From Saprolegnia diclina VS20 (Eukaryota), in NCBI RefSeq assembly GCF_000281045.1, contig NW_008246149.1, positions 158,235 to 213,961 of the forward strand: DNA of 55,727 nucleotides, written 5' to 3'. Of this stretch, positions 43,799 through 55,581 are shown in pieces (position 1 is the first letter of the stretch; the number at the start of each line of letters is the position of its first letter). A program made the position numbers and the translations under genes. A model generated the notes under the pieces. The model was not told the DNA's origin and did not search any database. It was given only the letters and a program-made list of their open reading frames with translations.

Positions 43799-46425
43799 CT
43801 ACGCCGATGCATCGAGCGACCACTTGGACTCGCCCGTGAGGGTGTTGTAGTAGTAGCTTTGGCCCGACGCCGCGTCGTAGGCTGGTACCCACGCGGCGGT
43901 GGTCGCTGCGTCCGGTGGCGTTTGTGTCTTCTTCTTCGTCTTGTACTCGCGCGGCGGCGGGCGCGCCTTGGCTTTGCTGGCTTCGATACGCAGTCGCTTG
44001 GCTTCGGCGGCTTCAGCGGCCGCCCGCGCCTTGGCAGCCTCGACCTTGTCGTGGTTGGCGCGCACAGCGGCCATGCGCACCGCCTCCTCCGCACGCGCAA
44101 CCGAGCTCTCGCTTAGAAAGGCCGAAATGACGGCTTGGCGCTTGTGCCGTTGCGCCGCCGCATGGCGCTGCAGCCGTAGCTTTGTCATCATAATCTACCC
44201 AGCACCGAGTGGCTACGCGCGCAAATACGACATGTTGGAATACCCGTCCAAGCTTGGTGGCTTTTTGCGTTCGTACAAACCGCTGTAGCGTTGTCGCTGC
44301 ATCGTGACGCGCCCGCACAAGAAGCGCAATCGTGGCGACGCCTTGCGCAAGACGCACTTTGGACGCATGCCGTGCCCGTCGACTGCGCACGAATGTCTAA
44401 TTTGACAAGTTGAGAGGAGCCATGAGACGACGACGTCTGGACCTGTATCGCAATGGCAGCGTCGTGACGGCGCGCGCGCTCAATGAGCTCGGCTTGTTTG
44501 CGAAGAAAGCGCGCGAGGTGGCCTTGGTGCCGGTGCCACGCAGCTTGGATTCGAAGCGCCGCTTGGTTCTGCCGTGCAAGGAGTGCGTCAAGGGCCACCT
44601 TTTGCATGCGTGCAATATAGAGCCGCGCGCGGCTTCTTGCGAGTCGCGACCGAACCTGCAGACTTCCTGAGAACGGGCCAACGACGAGCTCGTACCATGC
44701 GTTGGATGCGGCGGGCACTGTGGTGGCAGTGCCGGAGATGCCGTTTGAAGACGCGCACCGTGCAGGTGCTGCGCCACACCCGCTGCAAGACGCTCGACGC
44801 CCACGCGCGTCGAGCCCGCATGTAGCCTTCGTACCGACAGTGCTTCTTCCACGCATACGCAATCGACGACGACGCGCTCGATTCGAGAAAGGGCTTGTAG
44901 CGACTGTACAGAAGGCGCCGTTGGACCTAGTGCCGAGTTAGCCGACGCGCTTCGCAGTCCAGAGTCGTACCGCAGACGTCAGTCGCGCCGCTCGCAAGTA
45001 CAAGGGCACGCACGACGTTGCAAGGACGTGGCGAAAGAGAAGGCGGTCGCGGTAGCATCGGTAGGCGTGCTGCACGGTCGTTGCCGCCATCCACTGGGCG
45101 AAGCGCAGCTCTTGCAGCCGTTGCGTGCGCACTTGCCGGGCGTAGCACTGGCGCCACGCACACTGCAGCACAAGCGCGGCCGCCAACTGGCTTCGCCGCC
45201 GCGCGACATGACGCATGGCGATCCATTGACGTAGCCGTGCTTGCAAGAGAATCACCGCGAGGTGCCGTGTCCCGAGTGCAAAGGCGGATTGGAGGTGATC
45301 GAAGAGCTGACTGCGTCGACGCAGCCAGTACGCAACGTAGGCGCGCCACGCGCGTTGAATGCGTGCGGCGACCTTGTAGCATCGCGCGCGATACAAAAGC
45401 GTCCGTGCGAGGTGTGCTCGAAGCGCGCGCTGGACGACACCGGCCGCATCGTGCAAGCGCAGCGTCGCTGCCCGTCGAAAGAGCCACTGCTTGCGGTACA
45501 CGGACGTGCGCAGCCAGCGCTGCAGTCGCAGCGCCGCCGCCTCGTGTGCGAGCCGTTGCGAGCATATTTTGTACGCTTGATACACGCGATGCCTCGCGAA
45601 CGCGGCTTGGATCTGTGCCGCCGCGCGGTGTTGACGGGCCGTCTTTAGAAAGCGAGCAAAGCGCTTTCGAAACAAGCGGCGACGGACATTGGCTTGCAGG
45701 CAGCGCGCCGATAGGTCCTGACGCGTGTGCAGGAGCGTGTGCCGATGGCGATGCCGGCGCCAGTGCCGCTGGATCTCGGCCGCCGCGGCGTCGCGCTCTT
45801 CTGCGCGGGCACACATCCAATCCGTGGCGAGAGACGCAAAAGCGCGGTTGCGAGTTGCGAGCCAGCAGCGCTCCCAGATGCCCTGGAGCGATCCCAAGGC
45901 GCGGCTCTTTGTAAACGCAGATATGGCCTCGGCGTGCTTCTCGGTCGCAACACCGTGCTGCCAGTGGTCAAAGGCAGCCTGCATGCGGTGACGCAGCAGT
46001 CGCTCAAAGACGTCGGTGAGCGACGTGATCTTGGTGTGGTTGGAGATCTTGAGCTTGGGCAGCGATCGAACTGGCACGTTGTTCTTGATCCAGCGGACAT
46101 GGTCTTGGACCGTATTGTTGTCGAGGACACCGCGCGCAATGCGAAGCTTGGCGTCGGACCGCAAACGAGCTCGGTAATGGGCGTTGTCTGGCCACGCCTG
46201 CTTTTGCCACGCCGTGTCGTCGGCGCGGATGGCGCTGGCGGCGTTAGGCAGCGGCGGCGGCAAGGCGGGCATCTCGCGCCGCGGCCGCTTGTGGTGCATG
46301 CGCGCGGCGTTCCGTGGCAAGAGATCTCGGAGCGACGCTGGGCTGAGGAAGCCAGGTACCTTGGTCGAGAGGCCACCATCGTCGTCGCGCGACCCCGGGC
46401 GCGGCCCGGCATACAAGATGGGCAT
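43799..46425 (-). CDS. Multi-IQ-motif protein with a C-terminal WW domain, multi-exon
   Basis: ATG at 46425 (MPILYAG). IQRHWRR, IQAAFAR, LQRWLR, IQRAWRAY, LQCAWR, IQAAWHR; WVPAYDAASGQSYYYNTLTGESKWS. Confidence 0.8.
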
Positions 46426-46671
46426 GCCCACTTTTGTAACCGCCGCCGTAGTCGGCTATTTTCACGCCACTTTACGACAGCACAGCATATTATATCGTGC
46501 TTCAAGTTGGGTGTTTTTGGCGACTCGCAGCCTATGCTTTCTAGCCAATGGCTTGCACGGAGCTGGCATGCCACGATGCCATTGGAGGATAGTTGGTGAA
46601 ATATGACCAATGAATAAACGACGACCAATTCGCAGGTTTGGCTCGTTCGCAGAGCTTGACAAGACGACAAG

Positions 46672-47511
46672 ATGGGCCGCAAGATCGCGGGCTACAACAT
46701 GGTGGCCTTGCCGACGGCCGACGAAGGCGCCTTCGCGAGCTACATCTATGTGACCAAGCACACGGCCAAGTCGGACGGCGCCGGCGAAACCGAGCTGGCG
46801 GCCGACCGCACCGCGTATGTGGTCAACCTGCCCCGGCACTCGAGCGTCGAGAGCCTCACCGCCTTGCTCTCGCGCGTGGGGCCGATCCAGCACGTGGCGC
46901 TGGGCGCCGAGTCGACGGGCGTCGCGACGAACGCGCACGTCGTTTTCAAGGATAAGGCGTCGCTCACAAAGCTTCTGAAGCTCTCGGCGCTGCCGGCGAC
47001 CGAGGACGACGCGGCGTTCGAGCCGATGGACGTGGTCGAGGCCGCCAAGGCAGCGTACCAAGCCGCGCGCCCGGGTCTCCAAGTGCTCAAGAACGACGCC
47101 GACGAGTTTATGATGAACTTTGACGCGGAAGAAGAAGCGGTACCCTTTCAAGCAATGCAAGGGTCGATAGCTCATGTATGTGCTGTAGGAGCGCAAGGAG
47201 CGGGAAGAGATGAAGAACCGCGTCGACGACGATGGCTTTCAGATGGTGGTCAACACGAAGCGCAAGCGTCAAGAGGCCGCGGAGCTCCTGCCGTTCCGGA
47301 AGAAGCAGAAGAGCAAGGAGCTCACCGACTTCTACCGCTTCCAGCTGCGCGAGAAGAAGCGCGGCCGTACGCTATTTGCATGCGTCTTACAAATAACTCA
47401 TCCTGCGTTGTAGAGCTCAAGACGTTGCGCGAGCGCTTTGACGAAGACCGGCAAATGGTCGACAAGCTCAAAAAAGCCAATAAATTTAAGCCCCAAACGG
47501 GCATGGACTAA
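46672..47511 (+). CDS. RRP7: Ribosomal RNA-processing protein 7 (3 exons)
   Basis: RRM-like RTAYVVNLP; C-terminal VDDDGFQMV...ELTDFYRFQLREKKR...LRERFDEDR...KFKP; introns about 47140-47189 and 47367-47413. Confidence 0.9.
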   Translation: MGRKIAGYNMVALPTADEGAFASYIYVTKHTAKSDGAGETELAADRTAYVVNLPRHSSVESLTALLSRVGPIQHVALGAESTGVATNAHVVFKDKASLTKLLKLSALPATEDDAAFEPMDVVEAAKAAYQAARPGLQVLKNDADEFMMNFDAEEEAVPFQAMQGSIAHVCAVGAQGAGRDEEPRRRRWLSDGGQHEAQASRGRGAPAVPEEAEEQGAHRLLPLPAAREEARPYAICMRLTNNSSCVVELKTLRERFDEDRQMVDKLKKANKFKPQTGMD

Positions 47512-48309
47512 ACAAACGCAGACAACATCAAAAGCTACTTCCTCTTACGCATTGTCCGATCAACAGCTTCGTAGTCGAATGCTCGAAGTCGAATGCTCGT
47601 GTTGCGTCCAGCCATGGAGTCGCTCGATACACTCGACAGGTTCACCTAGGCTTATGGTGTTTGTTGATGAATTTATGAAAGCGTTGGAGCCGAGGCAGGG
47701 GTAGTTCGTCAGCTCCATCAAGACTGCGTCTTCTCACTGCATGGCGATAGCTTCGGCAATGACGAGAAGGTGAAGAACACCAGATTGGGCCACTGGCGCG
47801 TGCCCACGCACGAGCGGAGTCCCTTGGGAGTTGTCCGTGACACAAGTTGACACCATTGGCATCCTCGGGAATGATGCAGCATGCAGCATCTCAATGCGCA
47901 AGCAGAGTAAACCGCCGATACCGCCTACTAGTACACTGCTTCCCTCGACCCACAAGCGAATTGAGTCGCCTCCCCGATCGACTGCGCGTTGACGGTCGTC
48001 GTACGAGGCGGTCCGTTGCCATATAAGCCCCGCTTGTCCACGACACCGACGCGTAGCTCCCTTTCTTGCGTCGCGGCTCGTGCGCTCGTCGGCCGACGGC
48101 ACCGCTCTGGCGTCGCAAGCTGCCGCTGCCACGTATGCGACACGCACCAATCGGCGTCGCGTATAACTTTTCGAGGCGTTGGATTGGCCGAGCAAAAGTA
48201 TTGGTCAAGAGCTCTCCGGATGGTATCCGGTCGTTGGCCGCGCGCTGGTTGGTGAGCATCACAGTTCATCTTGTGGAGGGTTTTATTCTACAAATCACTG
48301 AGAAACAAG

Positions 48310-48822
48310 ATGGTGGCCTCGAAGAAGACGGTATGTGAATACCCGTTGGAGAGCAAGCCTCGTCGGTCCTGCCTCGCATCCTGGTGCGCAGGGCCCCGTC
48401 GCCCGCTCTCCGCGATTCCAGCGGCGCGCTGACCCGTCTCTGTCCTTAGAAAAAGACGACGGAGAACATCAACTCGCGCTTGCAGTTGGTCATGCGCTCG
48501 GGCAAGGTCGCCCTTGGCTACAAGGAGACGTTGAAGAACCTCCGCAACGGCAAGGGTACGCTCCACCGCCTTGACGCCATCGAGTGCCAATGGCTCATAA
48601 CGTTTTGTGCTTGTAGCCAAGCTTGTCATCCTCTCGAGCAACACGCCGCCGCTCCGCAAGTCGGAGGTCGAGTACTACTCGATGCTTGCCAAGACGGGTG
48701 TCCACCACTTCGCCGGTAACAACAACGACCTCGGTACGGCTTGCGGCAAGTACTTCCGCGTCTCGTGCATGTGCATCATCGACGCTGGTGACTCGGACAT
48801 CCTCCGCTCGTCGACCGACTAA
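48310..48822 (+). CDS. RPL30: 60S ribosomal protein L30 (eL30), 3 exons
   Basis: [26 protein letters not shown]...[20 protein letters not shown]...GDSDI; introns 48331-48449 and 48556-48616. Confidence 0.97.
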
Positions 48823-48945
48823 ATTGATGCTTGAAACATTGATTTCTCATGATTTGAGGCCCCTATTTTTGTCTTTGAAAACATCAAAAGTGAGAAATCG
48901 CGGGACGCGAAAACACAAAAGGTCGGAATTGGTAGATACATTTCG

Positions 48946-50010
48946 CTACATTGGTGCGTCGACCTTCTCGCTGGCAACAGTAAACGTCACGTGGTCTGCC
49001 ACGTCACGGTCCACGAGCAGCGTCACGACGTGCCTGCCGGGCCCGACGTCCGCCAGCATCGTCGTCGCCATCCACTCGGTCGGGGAAGGCAGCAACACCA
49101 ACGGCTGCGGACGGCCATCGAGCAGCAGCGTCGTATTGCCGTCACTCGGACGGCGGTACCGGACGCGCACGCTCCGATCACTTGTCTCGTGGAAGCGCAG
49201 CACGGTGCCGTTTTGGGGTGCGACAATGCGCGGGCGTGACGCGGCGACGAGCGCGTCCAGGGACAGCGCTTTGCGTGCTTGTCGGGTCGGCAAGACAACC
49301 TTGACGACCTTGTGGCCGTCGGGCACGAGCGTGAAGCGGCGTGTTGTCGCAATGCGCTCTTCGTGCCCGCCGGGCAGCGGCACGAGAAGCTCGATCGACG
49401 CGACATGGTGCCCGAAGGATAGGTCCGATAGCTCGTGCGTTGTAAAGGCCACGGTCTCGTTTCGTGGCAAGATGGCCAAGTCGGTCAGAACAAGGACATC
49501 GTCGACGTGGATGGTGTATTGCAGCACTTGGTGGGACATTGTGGTGTCGGAGAGGGCGGCGATCTCGTATGCAAGGACGCGCGACGATGTGATGGCTGGC
49601 AGTCGCGTAAAAGCCACGGAGCAGTTGGAAGCCATCGCTGCCGGGTCGTATGGGATCGCAAACTCGACTTCCCACGGCACCGCCTCGGGCGGGAAGGCGA
49701 ACGCGACGTAGCATGCACCAAGGTACAGAAGCAGCCCCAGCAACACGGCGTACGAGAAGAGCGTGTTGCCTTGGTTCGCCGCTTCCGCGGCCTCGTCCAG
49801 CGCCGCCATATCGTCGTCGACGTCGTCCTTGAGATGCTCGAGCGGCGGGACGCCGTCGCTCGCATGCCAGCCCATGGCTTCGAAGAGCGCTGCGCCCACC
49901 ATCGCGTCTGCCAGAGTGAATCGGTATCTTTCGATGACTCGATGCAATGGTCCACTTCCAATATTAGGACGATAAAATACCCTATTGCGTAGGAGCATCC
50001 GCCCAACCAT
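48946..50010 (-). CDS. Uncharacterised single-pass membrane protein with beta-rich C-terminal region
   Basis: 354-aa ORF with coding-like GC3 and one TM (YAVLLGLLLYLGACYVAFAF). Start uncertain (50010 or about 49902). Confidence 0.6.
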   Translation of the reverse strand: MVGRMLLRNRVFYRPNIGSGPLHRVIERYRFTLADAMVGAALFEAMGWHASDGVPPLEHLKDDVDDDMAALDEAAEAANQGNTLFSYAVLLGLLLYLGACYVAFAFPPEAVPWEVEFAIPYDPAAMASNCSVAFTRLPAITSSRVLAYEIAALSDTTMSHQVLQYTIHVDDVLVLTDLAILPRNETVAFTTHELSDLSFGHHVASIELLVPLPGGHEERIATTRRFTLVPDGHKVVKVVLPTRQARKALSLDALVAASRPRIVAPQNGTVLRFHETSDRSVRVRYRRPSDGNTTLLLDGRPQPLVLLPSPTEWMATTMLADVGPGRHVVTLLVDRDVADHVTFTVASEKVDAPM

Positions 50011-50095
50011 GTTGAACCCGGAGATTTCCCGGACGTGGTCTGAGCGGTGAGCTGCGGGTCATCACTTGCACGACTCATGATGCCCGATAGTAGAG

Positions 50096-51502
50096 ATGGC
50101 GACGATGGACTGGGACGATCGGCGACGACTGGCGCGTGACATTGCGCAGCTCACATCGCCCGACCTCCAGGGCGTGCTGCTTCGGTGCCACTTGGCACAG
50201 CACGACGTCGGCGCGATCGACGTGCCCACGCACTGCGACGACTATGCAGTGCGGAAGCAGAGCAATTGGCAGCTCACGAGCCGTGTCGACTTGGACGCGC
50301 TGGACAACGACGTGCTCGTCGAGCTGCGCAAGTACGTCGACGCGTGCTATGTGCCCAAGCAGGCGCCACTTGAGCAGTGTGAGATCTGCTGCGGTCTCTG
50401 GTCCAACGGCCGCGTGCTCGCATGCGGCAACCACGCCTGCAACACGCGCATCCACGAAGAGTGCTACGGCAACGTCTTGCGCGACGACGCCAACGGACCT
50501 TGGTTTTGTCCGTCCTGCGCGTACGGCGCGCCACTGCAATGCTGCCTCTGTCTTCGCGAAGGCGGCGCGCTCAAGCCGACGAGCGACCGCCGGTGGGCCC
50601 ACGCGATTTGCGCCCTCGCGATCCCTGAGCTGACGTTTCGCGATGTGCCGACGCTCGAGCCCATCGACGGGATCATGGACCTCGACCCGTCCCGGTTCCG
50701 GACACTGTGCAACCTCTGCAAGCGCAAGGGCGGCGCCGTCGTCCTCTGCGAAGAGCCCAACTGTGCGACAGCGTACCACGTCTACTGCGCCGCCGAAGCC
50801 GGTCTTTGGATCGGCGCGCCCGGCGACGCCGCGAGTCCGGCCAACCCGATGGCTCTCTTTTGCGACAAGCACCTGCCGACAGACCGCCTTCTCGGGGCCA
50901 AGCGGTTTGTGAGCGAAGAGGACTTGGCGCTCGAAGCGATCGAGGCCAAGCAAGTTCGCAAAGACAACCATGTGGCCAAGGAAGGCGCCGACGACTATGG
51001 CTTTATCATGAGCTCGACGGCGCTGCTGCTCGAGCACCTCAAGTGGAGTGCGCGCGTGGTCACGCCAACGCTGCCGTCGTCGACCGATGCTTCGACACTC
51101 TTTCAAGTGACGCCGCGCCTGTACAGTCAAAACCGATTCCCGATCAAGCCGCTTGTGCCCGAGGCCGTCGCGCGCCTCGTAGACGTTGGCGATGGCGTCC
51201 CATCATTCCCGCCACCGCGCAGTCGCAAGATCCCGGACGGCCCCAAACTCGTAGGCGGCCTCGTCGAGGTGTTTTGGAAAGGCCATGACACATGGCACCG
51301 CGCGCGCGTGCTCGAGTACTGTCCAACACGCCAGATGAACCACGTCAAGTACCTCGCCGATGGCCGCGACGAGTGGCTTCGGCTCGTGCCCGGCCAGTGC
51401 CACGTCCTCCGGCTGGCGTCCTCGGACGTGAAGCGCATCAAACTCGTCCGCTACAAACACAAGGACCAGCGCGAGTGGCGACCCAAGCCCATGAGCTTTT
51501 AG
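50096..51502 (+). CDS. Chromatin reader: ET-like + PHD/Zn-knuckle/ePHD (PZP) + Tudor-like
   Basis: RRRLARDIAQL...VDLDALDNDVLVELRKYV; CEIC...HEECYG...WFCPSC; CCLC...GGALKPT...WAHAICAL...YHVYCA...FCDKH; LVGGLVEVFWKGHDTWHRARV...HVKY. Confidence 0.88.
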   Translation: MATMDWDDRRRLARDIAQLTSPDLQGVLLRCHLAQHDVGAIDVPTHCDDYAVRKQSNWQLTSRVDLDALDNDVLVELRKYVDACYVPKQAPLEQCEICCGLWSNGRVLACGNHACNTRIHEECYGNVLRDDANGPWFCPSCAYGAPLQCCLCLREGGALKPTSDRRWAHAICALAIPELTFRDVPTLEPIDGIMDLDPSRFRTLCNLCKRKGGAVVLCEEPNCATAYHVYCAAEAGLWIGAPGDAASPANPMALFCDKHLPTDRLLGAKRFVSEEDLALEAIEAKQVRKDNHVAKEGADDYGFIMSSTALLLEHLKWSARVVTPTLPSSTDASTLFQVTPRLYSQNRFPIKPLVPEAVARLVDVGDGVPSFPPPRSRKIPDGPKLVGGLVEVFWKGHDTWHRARVLEYCPTRQMNHVKYLADGRDEWLRLVPGQCHVLRLASSDVKRIKLVRYKHKDQREWRPKPMSF

Positions 51503-51868
51503 ACGTACAGTAGAAGGACGATATCAGTGCTAGAAGCATCTTCTCGACTAGACATTTGGTAGGACGACGTGACTACATGTCGTCGTCGTGGCTTGGCGCG
51601 ATAGAATGATGACAGTACACAACATATGAGACCCTTGCGGCAGCAGTGGCGCGCTGCTTTCGAAGGCCGCTAAGCGGGGCGGGCACGAGCGTGTCTACCG
51701 GCTCCCATAACATCCTCCAAGGGTCAATACACCTTGCATCCTCGGCCTTTGATAGGCAAGCGACGAGGTGGCAGGTAGTTGTGGTAAATATGGCAATGGC
51801 CAACATTAGCTGCCACCGGAAAAACTCCGGGTGGAGAGCATACAAACATCAAGTGAGTGGGGCAGTGG

Positions 51869-51890
51869 CAACCAATTGGCCAATTGGTTG
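51869..51890. promoter_or_regulatory. Perfect 22-bp palindrome of two CCAATTGG units upstream of RPSA
   Basis: CAACCAATTGGCCAATTGGTTG, 80 bp before the ATG. Confidence 0.55.
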
Positions 51891-51969
51891 GTTGGTAATC
51901 TGCGCAAGCAGGCGTCTTTGGCCGCTCGAGGGCTCACTAATCCTTTTCATCGCCTTAGTACATACCAGC

Positions 51970-52809
51970 ATGTTGACCCAACGTGAAGAAGACATCTCGA
52001 AGATGCTCGCCGCCATGGTGCACATCGGCACGCGCAACGCCGATGCTCAGATGGGCGACTACATCTGGCGCCGCCGCAACGACGGCATCCACATCATCAA
52101 CGTCGGCAAGACGTGGGAGAAGTTGATGCTCGCCGCCAAGATCATCGTCGCCGTCGAGAACCCGGCCGATGTCATTGCCATCTCGGCCCGCCCGTACGGC
52201 CAGCGCGCTGTCCTCAAGTTTGCCCAGTACACGGGCTGCCAGGCCATCGCCGGTCGCTTCACGCCCGGTACGTTCACGAACCAGATCACCAAGCAGTTCC
52301 GCGAACCCCGCCTCTTGATCATCACGGACCCCCGCACCGATGCCCAGCCCGTGCGTGAGTCGGCCTACGTCAACGTGCCCGTGATTGCCTTCTGCGACTC
52401 GGACTCGCCGCTCCGCTACGTCGATGTCGCCATCCCGGCCAACAACAAGGGCAAGCTCTCGATCGGTCTCCTCTACTGGCTCCTTTCGCGTGAGGTCCTC
52501 CGCCTCCGCGGCACGATCTCGCGCGCCCTCCCCTGGGAGGTGTCGGTCGACCTCTTCTTCTACCGTGACCCGGAGGAGCTCGAGAAGGCCGAGGAGGCCC
52601 AGACGGGCGTCGCCGACGAGGCCATGGGCCGCGCTGGCTGGACCAACGAGGCCGTCGCCGCTGAAGCCGCCACGGAAGCCCCCACGCTCTACACGGCCGA
52701 GCCCACCGCTGAGTGGGGCACGGCTGGCGGTGAGTGGGGCGCCGAAGCCGCCGCCGGCGGCTGGGACGCCACGGCTGCTGCCCCCGCCACGACCGGCTGG
52801 GACAACTAA
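51970..52809 (+). CDS. RPSA: 40S ribosomal protein SA (uS2)
   Basis: [58 protein letters not shown]; intronless. Confidence 0.97.
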   Translation: MLTQREEDISKMLAAMVHIGTRNADAQMGDYIWRRRNDGIHIINVGKTWEKLMLAAKIIVAVENPADVIAISARPYGQRAVLKFAQYTGCQAIAGRFTPGTFTNQITKQFREPRLLIITDPRTDAQPVRESAYVNVPVIAFCDSDSPLRYVDVAIPANNKGKLSIGLLYWLLSREVLRLRGTISRALPWEVSVDLFFYRDPEELEKAEEAQTGVADEAMGRAGWTNEAVAAEAATEAPTLYTAEPTAEWGTAGGEWGAEAAAGGWDATAAAPATTGWDN

Positions 52810-53259
52810 ACTATCTACTCGAAAGGATTGAGGAACCGAGGTCGTCTGTAGATTACATGGACAATACGACGGTGTTTAGCGATGGCACCTGGTTAATGTA
52901 ATACACCATACAGTCGCCTCCCATATCGCTTCCTCGACCTCCTCCACTTTGCTTCCATCAAACAAGCACTCGGTGTCGGAACTATCGAAGTCGCTACGTA
53001 TGCGCAGCCCTTTCCGGCTCAGGAAGACGAGAACTGGCTGTTGGCCCTCGGACCTTCCAATGGCCATCATTGTCGGCGGTCGCGCTGGTTGAAGCAGAGC
53101 ATGCAATGCCCACTCTTAGGTGCCACCTTGTGAGGCGCCTCCGAAGGTGCGCTGCCGGTTCAATTCCTCATTTTGCGTTAGTTGGGCGTCCGCGCCCAAA
53201 GTATCTGTATTGCCACATTGTCATTTCGAACACTGTGCAACGCGTGGAGACAACTCGCT

Positions 53260-53831
53260 CTAGCTGTGCTCGAGCTTCGTGTAGAGGCCTTCGCACGCGT
53301 CTTCGAGCAAGTCCAGAACCGTGTCAAAGCCGCCTTCGTACCACGGATCCGGCACTTTGGTCGCCGACGTGTTGAGAATGCAGTACTGGGTCATGAGCGA
53401 AACCTACTCGCATCGCCCTCAATCATGCAGGATGATAAAATCGCAGCAGCGTGTACCTTGGCCTTGGCGAGTGCGAGGTACTCGGGGCCCCAGAACGTCG
53501 CCGCTTCGTGCACCGCACGCACGTTGTTGCTGTCCATGCAAATGATATGGTCAAAACGACGCAAGTCAGCAGGCGTCAGCGGGCGCGACTTGCTGCTGAG
53601 CGTGTACCCGCGCTTCTTGGCCTCCTTCTTCATGCGCGAGTCGGCGCTGTCGCCTTCGTGGTACGAGAACCCGTTGGGCTTGTACCAGTTGGAGGCGCCG
53701 CCGCCCGTGCCGCACGAGTCAATGTCGTACGCCGACGTCTTGCCATCGCGCGCGACCAGCCCCTTGAAGACGCCTTCGGCCGCGGGGCTGCGGCAAATGT
53801 TGCCCAAGCAAAGGAAGAGCACGCCGACCAT
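53260..53831 (-). CDS. Low-molecular-weight protein tyrosine phosphatase (2 exons)
   Basis: P-loop VLFLCLGNICRSP; second exon VSLMTQYC...VPDPWYEGGF...LLEDAC...HS*. Confidence 0.93.
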
Positions 53832-54446
53832 TGCAGGACTTTCGGATTCCGCGTTTGCACTTCGCCACTTTATCCGGATATGCGGATATTATTGAGCCAA
53901 TCAAACGCCCGTAATTGCGATCGTGTGATTTCACAACGCGCCACCACGCCGGCAAGGGTCACCTTACGGCGTTCATCAGGGTGATACGTCAGAGATAGAT
54001 AGAGAGAGAGAATGGGAGAGCCCTAGCGACCGACACTTGGCGGCTAGAGCACACTGTGTGCGGCACATGAAAACTCGGCCCTCACGCAATACCAGATCAT
54101 TCGCGACCGTTTCACCTGCGACAGGCATCTTGATCTCGGGCTCTGCGGTGGTATCCTAAACAAAGGTGGCCGGCTAGGACCCAAGCACCGGATCGCGTGC
54201 ATATCGTCAGGTCTCGCTCAACACTGCCATCTTTATCGAGTACGGCCAGATCTGTCTGCACTTTTCACAGATATGTATCGAGCTGCGTCGCCGCATAGCC
54301 GTTCGCTTTGTTACCTCATTATTAAACTAGCCCCCCTTGACCTGCAGTTGGCGCTATGCTTCTTGATGCAGCAGTCCCCTTCACCTGTAGTGATCGCCTT
54401 TTACACTAGTGCTGACCATGCTTATGTTCTGTGGGGAAGCGCCCGT

Positions 54447-54487
54447 ATCAAGGCACTGGTAGTACTACTTACTACCAGTGCCTTGAT
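54447..54487. repeat. Perfect 18-bp inverted repeat with 5-nt loop
   Basis: ATCAAGGCACTGGTAGTA-CTACT-TACTACCAGTGCCTTGAT. Confidence 0.9.
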
Positions 54488-55581
54488 GCGAGTCAAGCAT
54501 GCTGCAATGCTAGCACCTGGCCGCTGGGAGTAAGGTGCGTGCTCCTCAACATATTTGCTTCAACTTGCCCGCGTGTTTTCGTGCTCGACTTATGCAAGGG
54601 ATAGTACATCGGCCTCACGAAGTCTCATACTGCGTGTCTATGGGCTCATAATAGACCGACGGAGGTGCTTTGAAGGCCCCACGATGGACTAAGAAAAATA
54701 GCCCTTTCAATAGGTATCCGTGTCAATACACCAACGCACTCTAGTTATACTACTGTACTTTCGCTCTTTCGAGCTCGCCTGCTCCTATGGCAGAACGGTA
54801 TGCAAAGACGCAACAACGCAATGCGAACAGTTGTCTGTTGGAAGTAGTAGGTACAGTATCGTTGCGCGCACGAGTCCCGATATGTAATGGCGATATAATG
54901 GCTGTAGGATCGCCCTTCAACATTACTGAGTCCTAGCACCCTCGCGCGGTCTGGTCTCACCTTTGGAGCGGTGCATATCGGTGTCAACATCGACACACCG
55001 CTCGCTTGAAATAGGCTTGGTTGCTGATGTTAATAGGCCGGGGACTCGAGGATAACACCGAGTCGAACCGCGTCGTGATATGCGGTGGGTACACTCAAAT
55101 GGAAGCTTGGCTTTTGGCTGGACATTGTGATGAATGCGATGTGCAAATTACGTCCACCTGACAGCTGAACATGACTTGTGTTGCCTGGATATAAAAAAGC
55201 GGATTGGCGATAAGTTTTATCGAATGGGAGCGGTTGGTACGATGTGGAGGCACAAAATACATGTACATGTAGTGTACTGGTATGGTAGTACACTACTCTC
55301 CTACCGGTACCTTCACGCGAGGTGCGAATGAGCGCAAACTCGCTCGCTTGCTCGTGGGATAAGGTGGCAAAGAATACTGGTATGGAGACCTGCAGACCAG
55401 ATATCAACAATGCAGAGTTTGCAGAATCGCGAGTTTTATTATGCAACAAAAACTGGTGCAACATGAACGAGCTCCGTTTGTCCTCTCGCATTGCCCATCC
55501 TCATGCTTGGGTGCAGCAGCGCGACTACTCTCAGTGGCAGTCGACCTTGAATCTATTCGTCATTCATCAACTTGATTGACG

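Noticed and set aside
51646..51969. 108-aa N-terminal extension of RPSA
   Set aside because: It starts at a non-ATG codon and spans promoter-like CCAAT sequence. Homology begins at the ATG at 51970.
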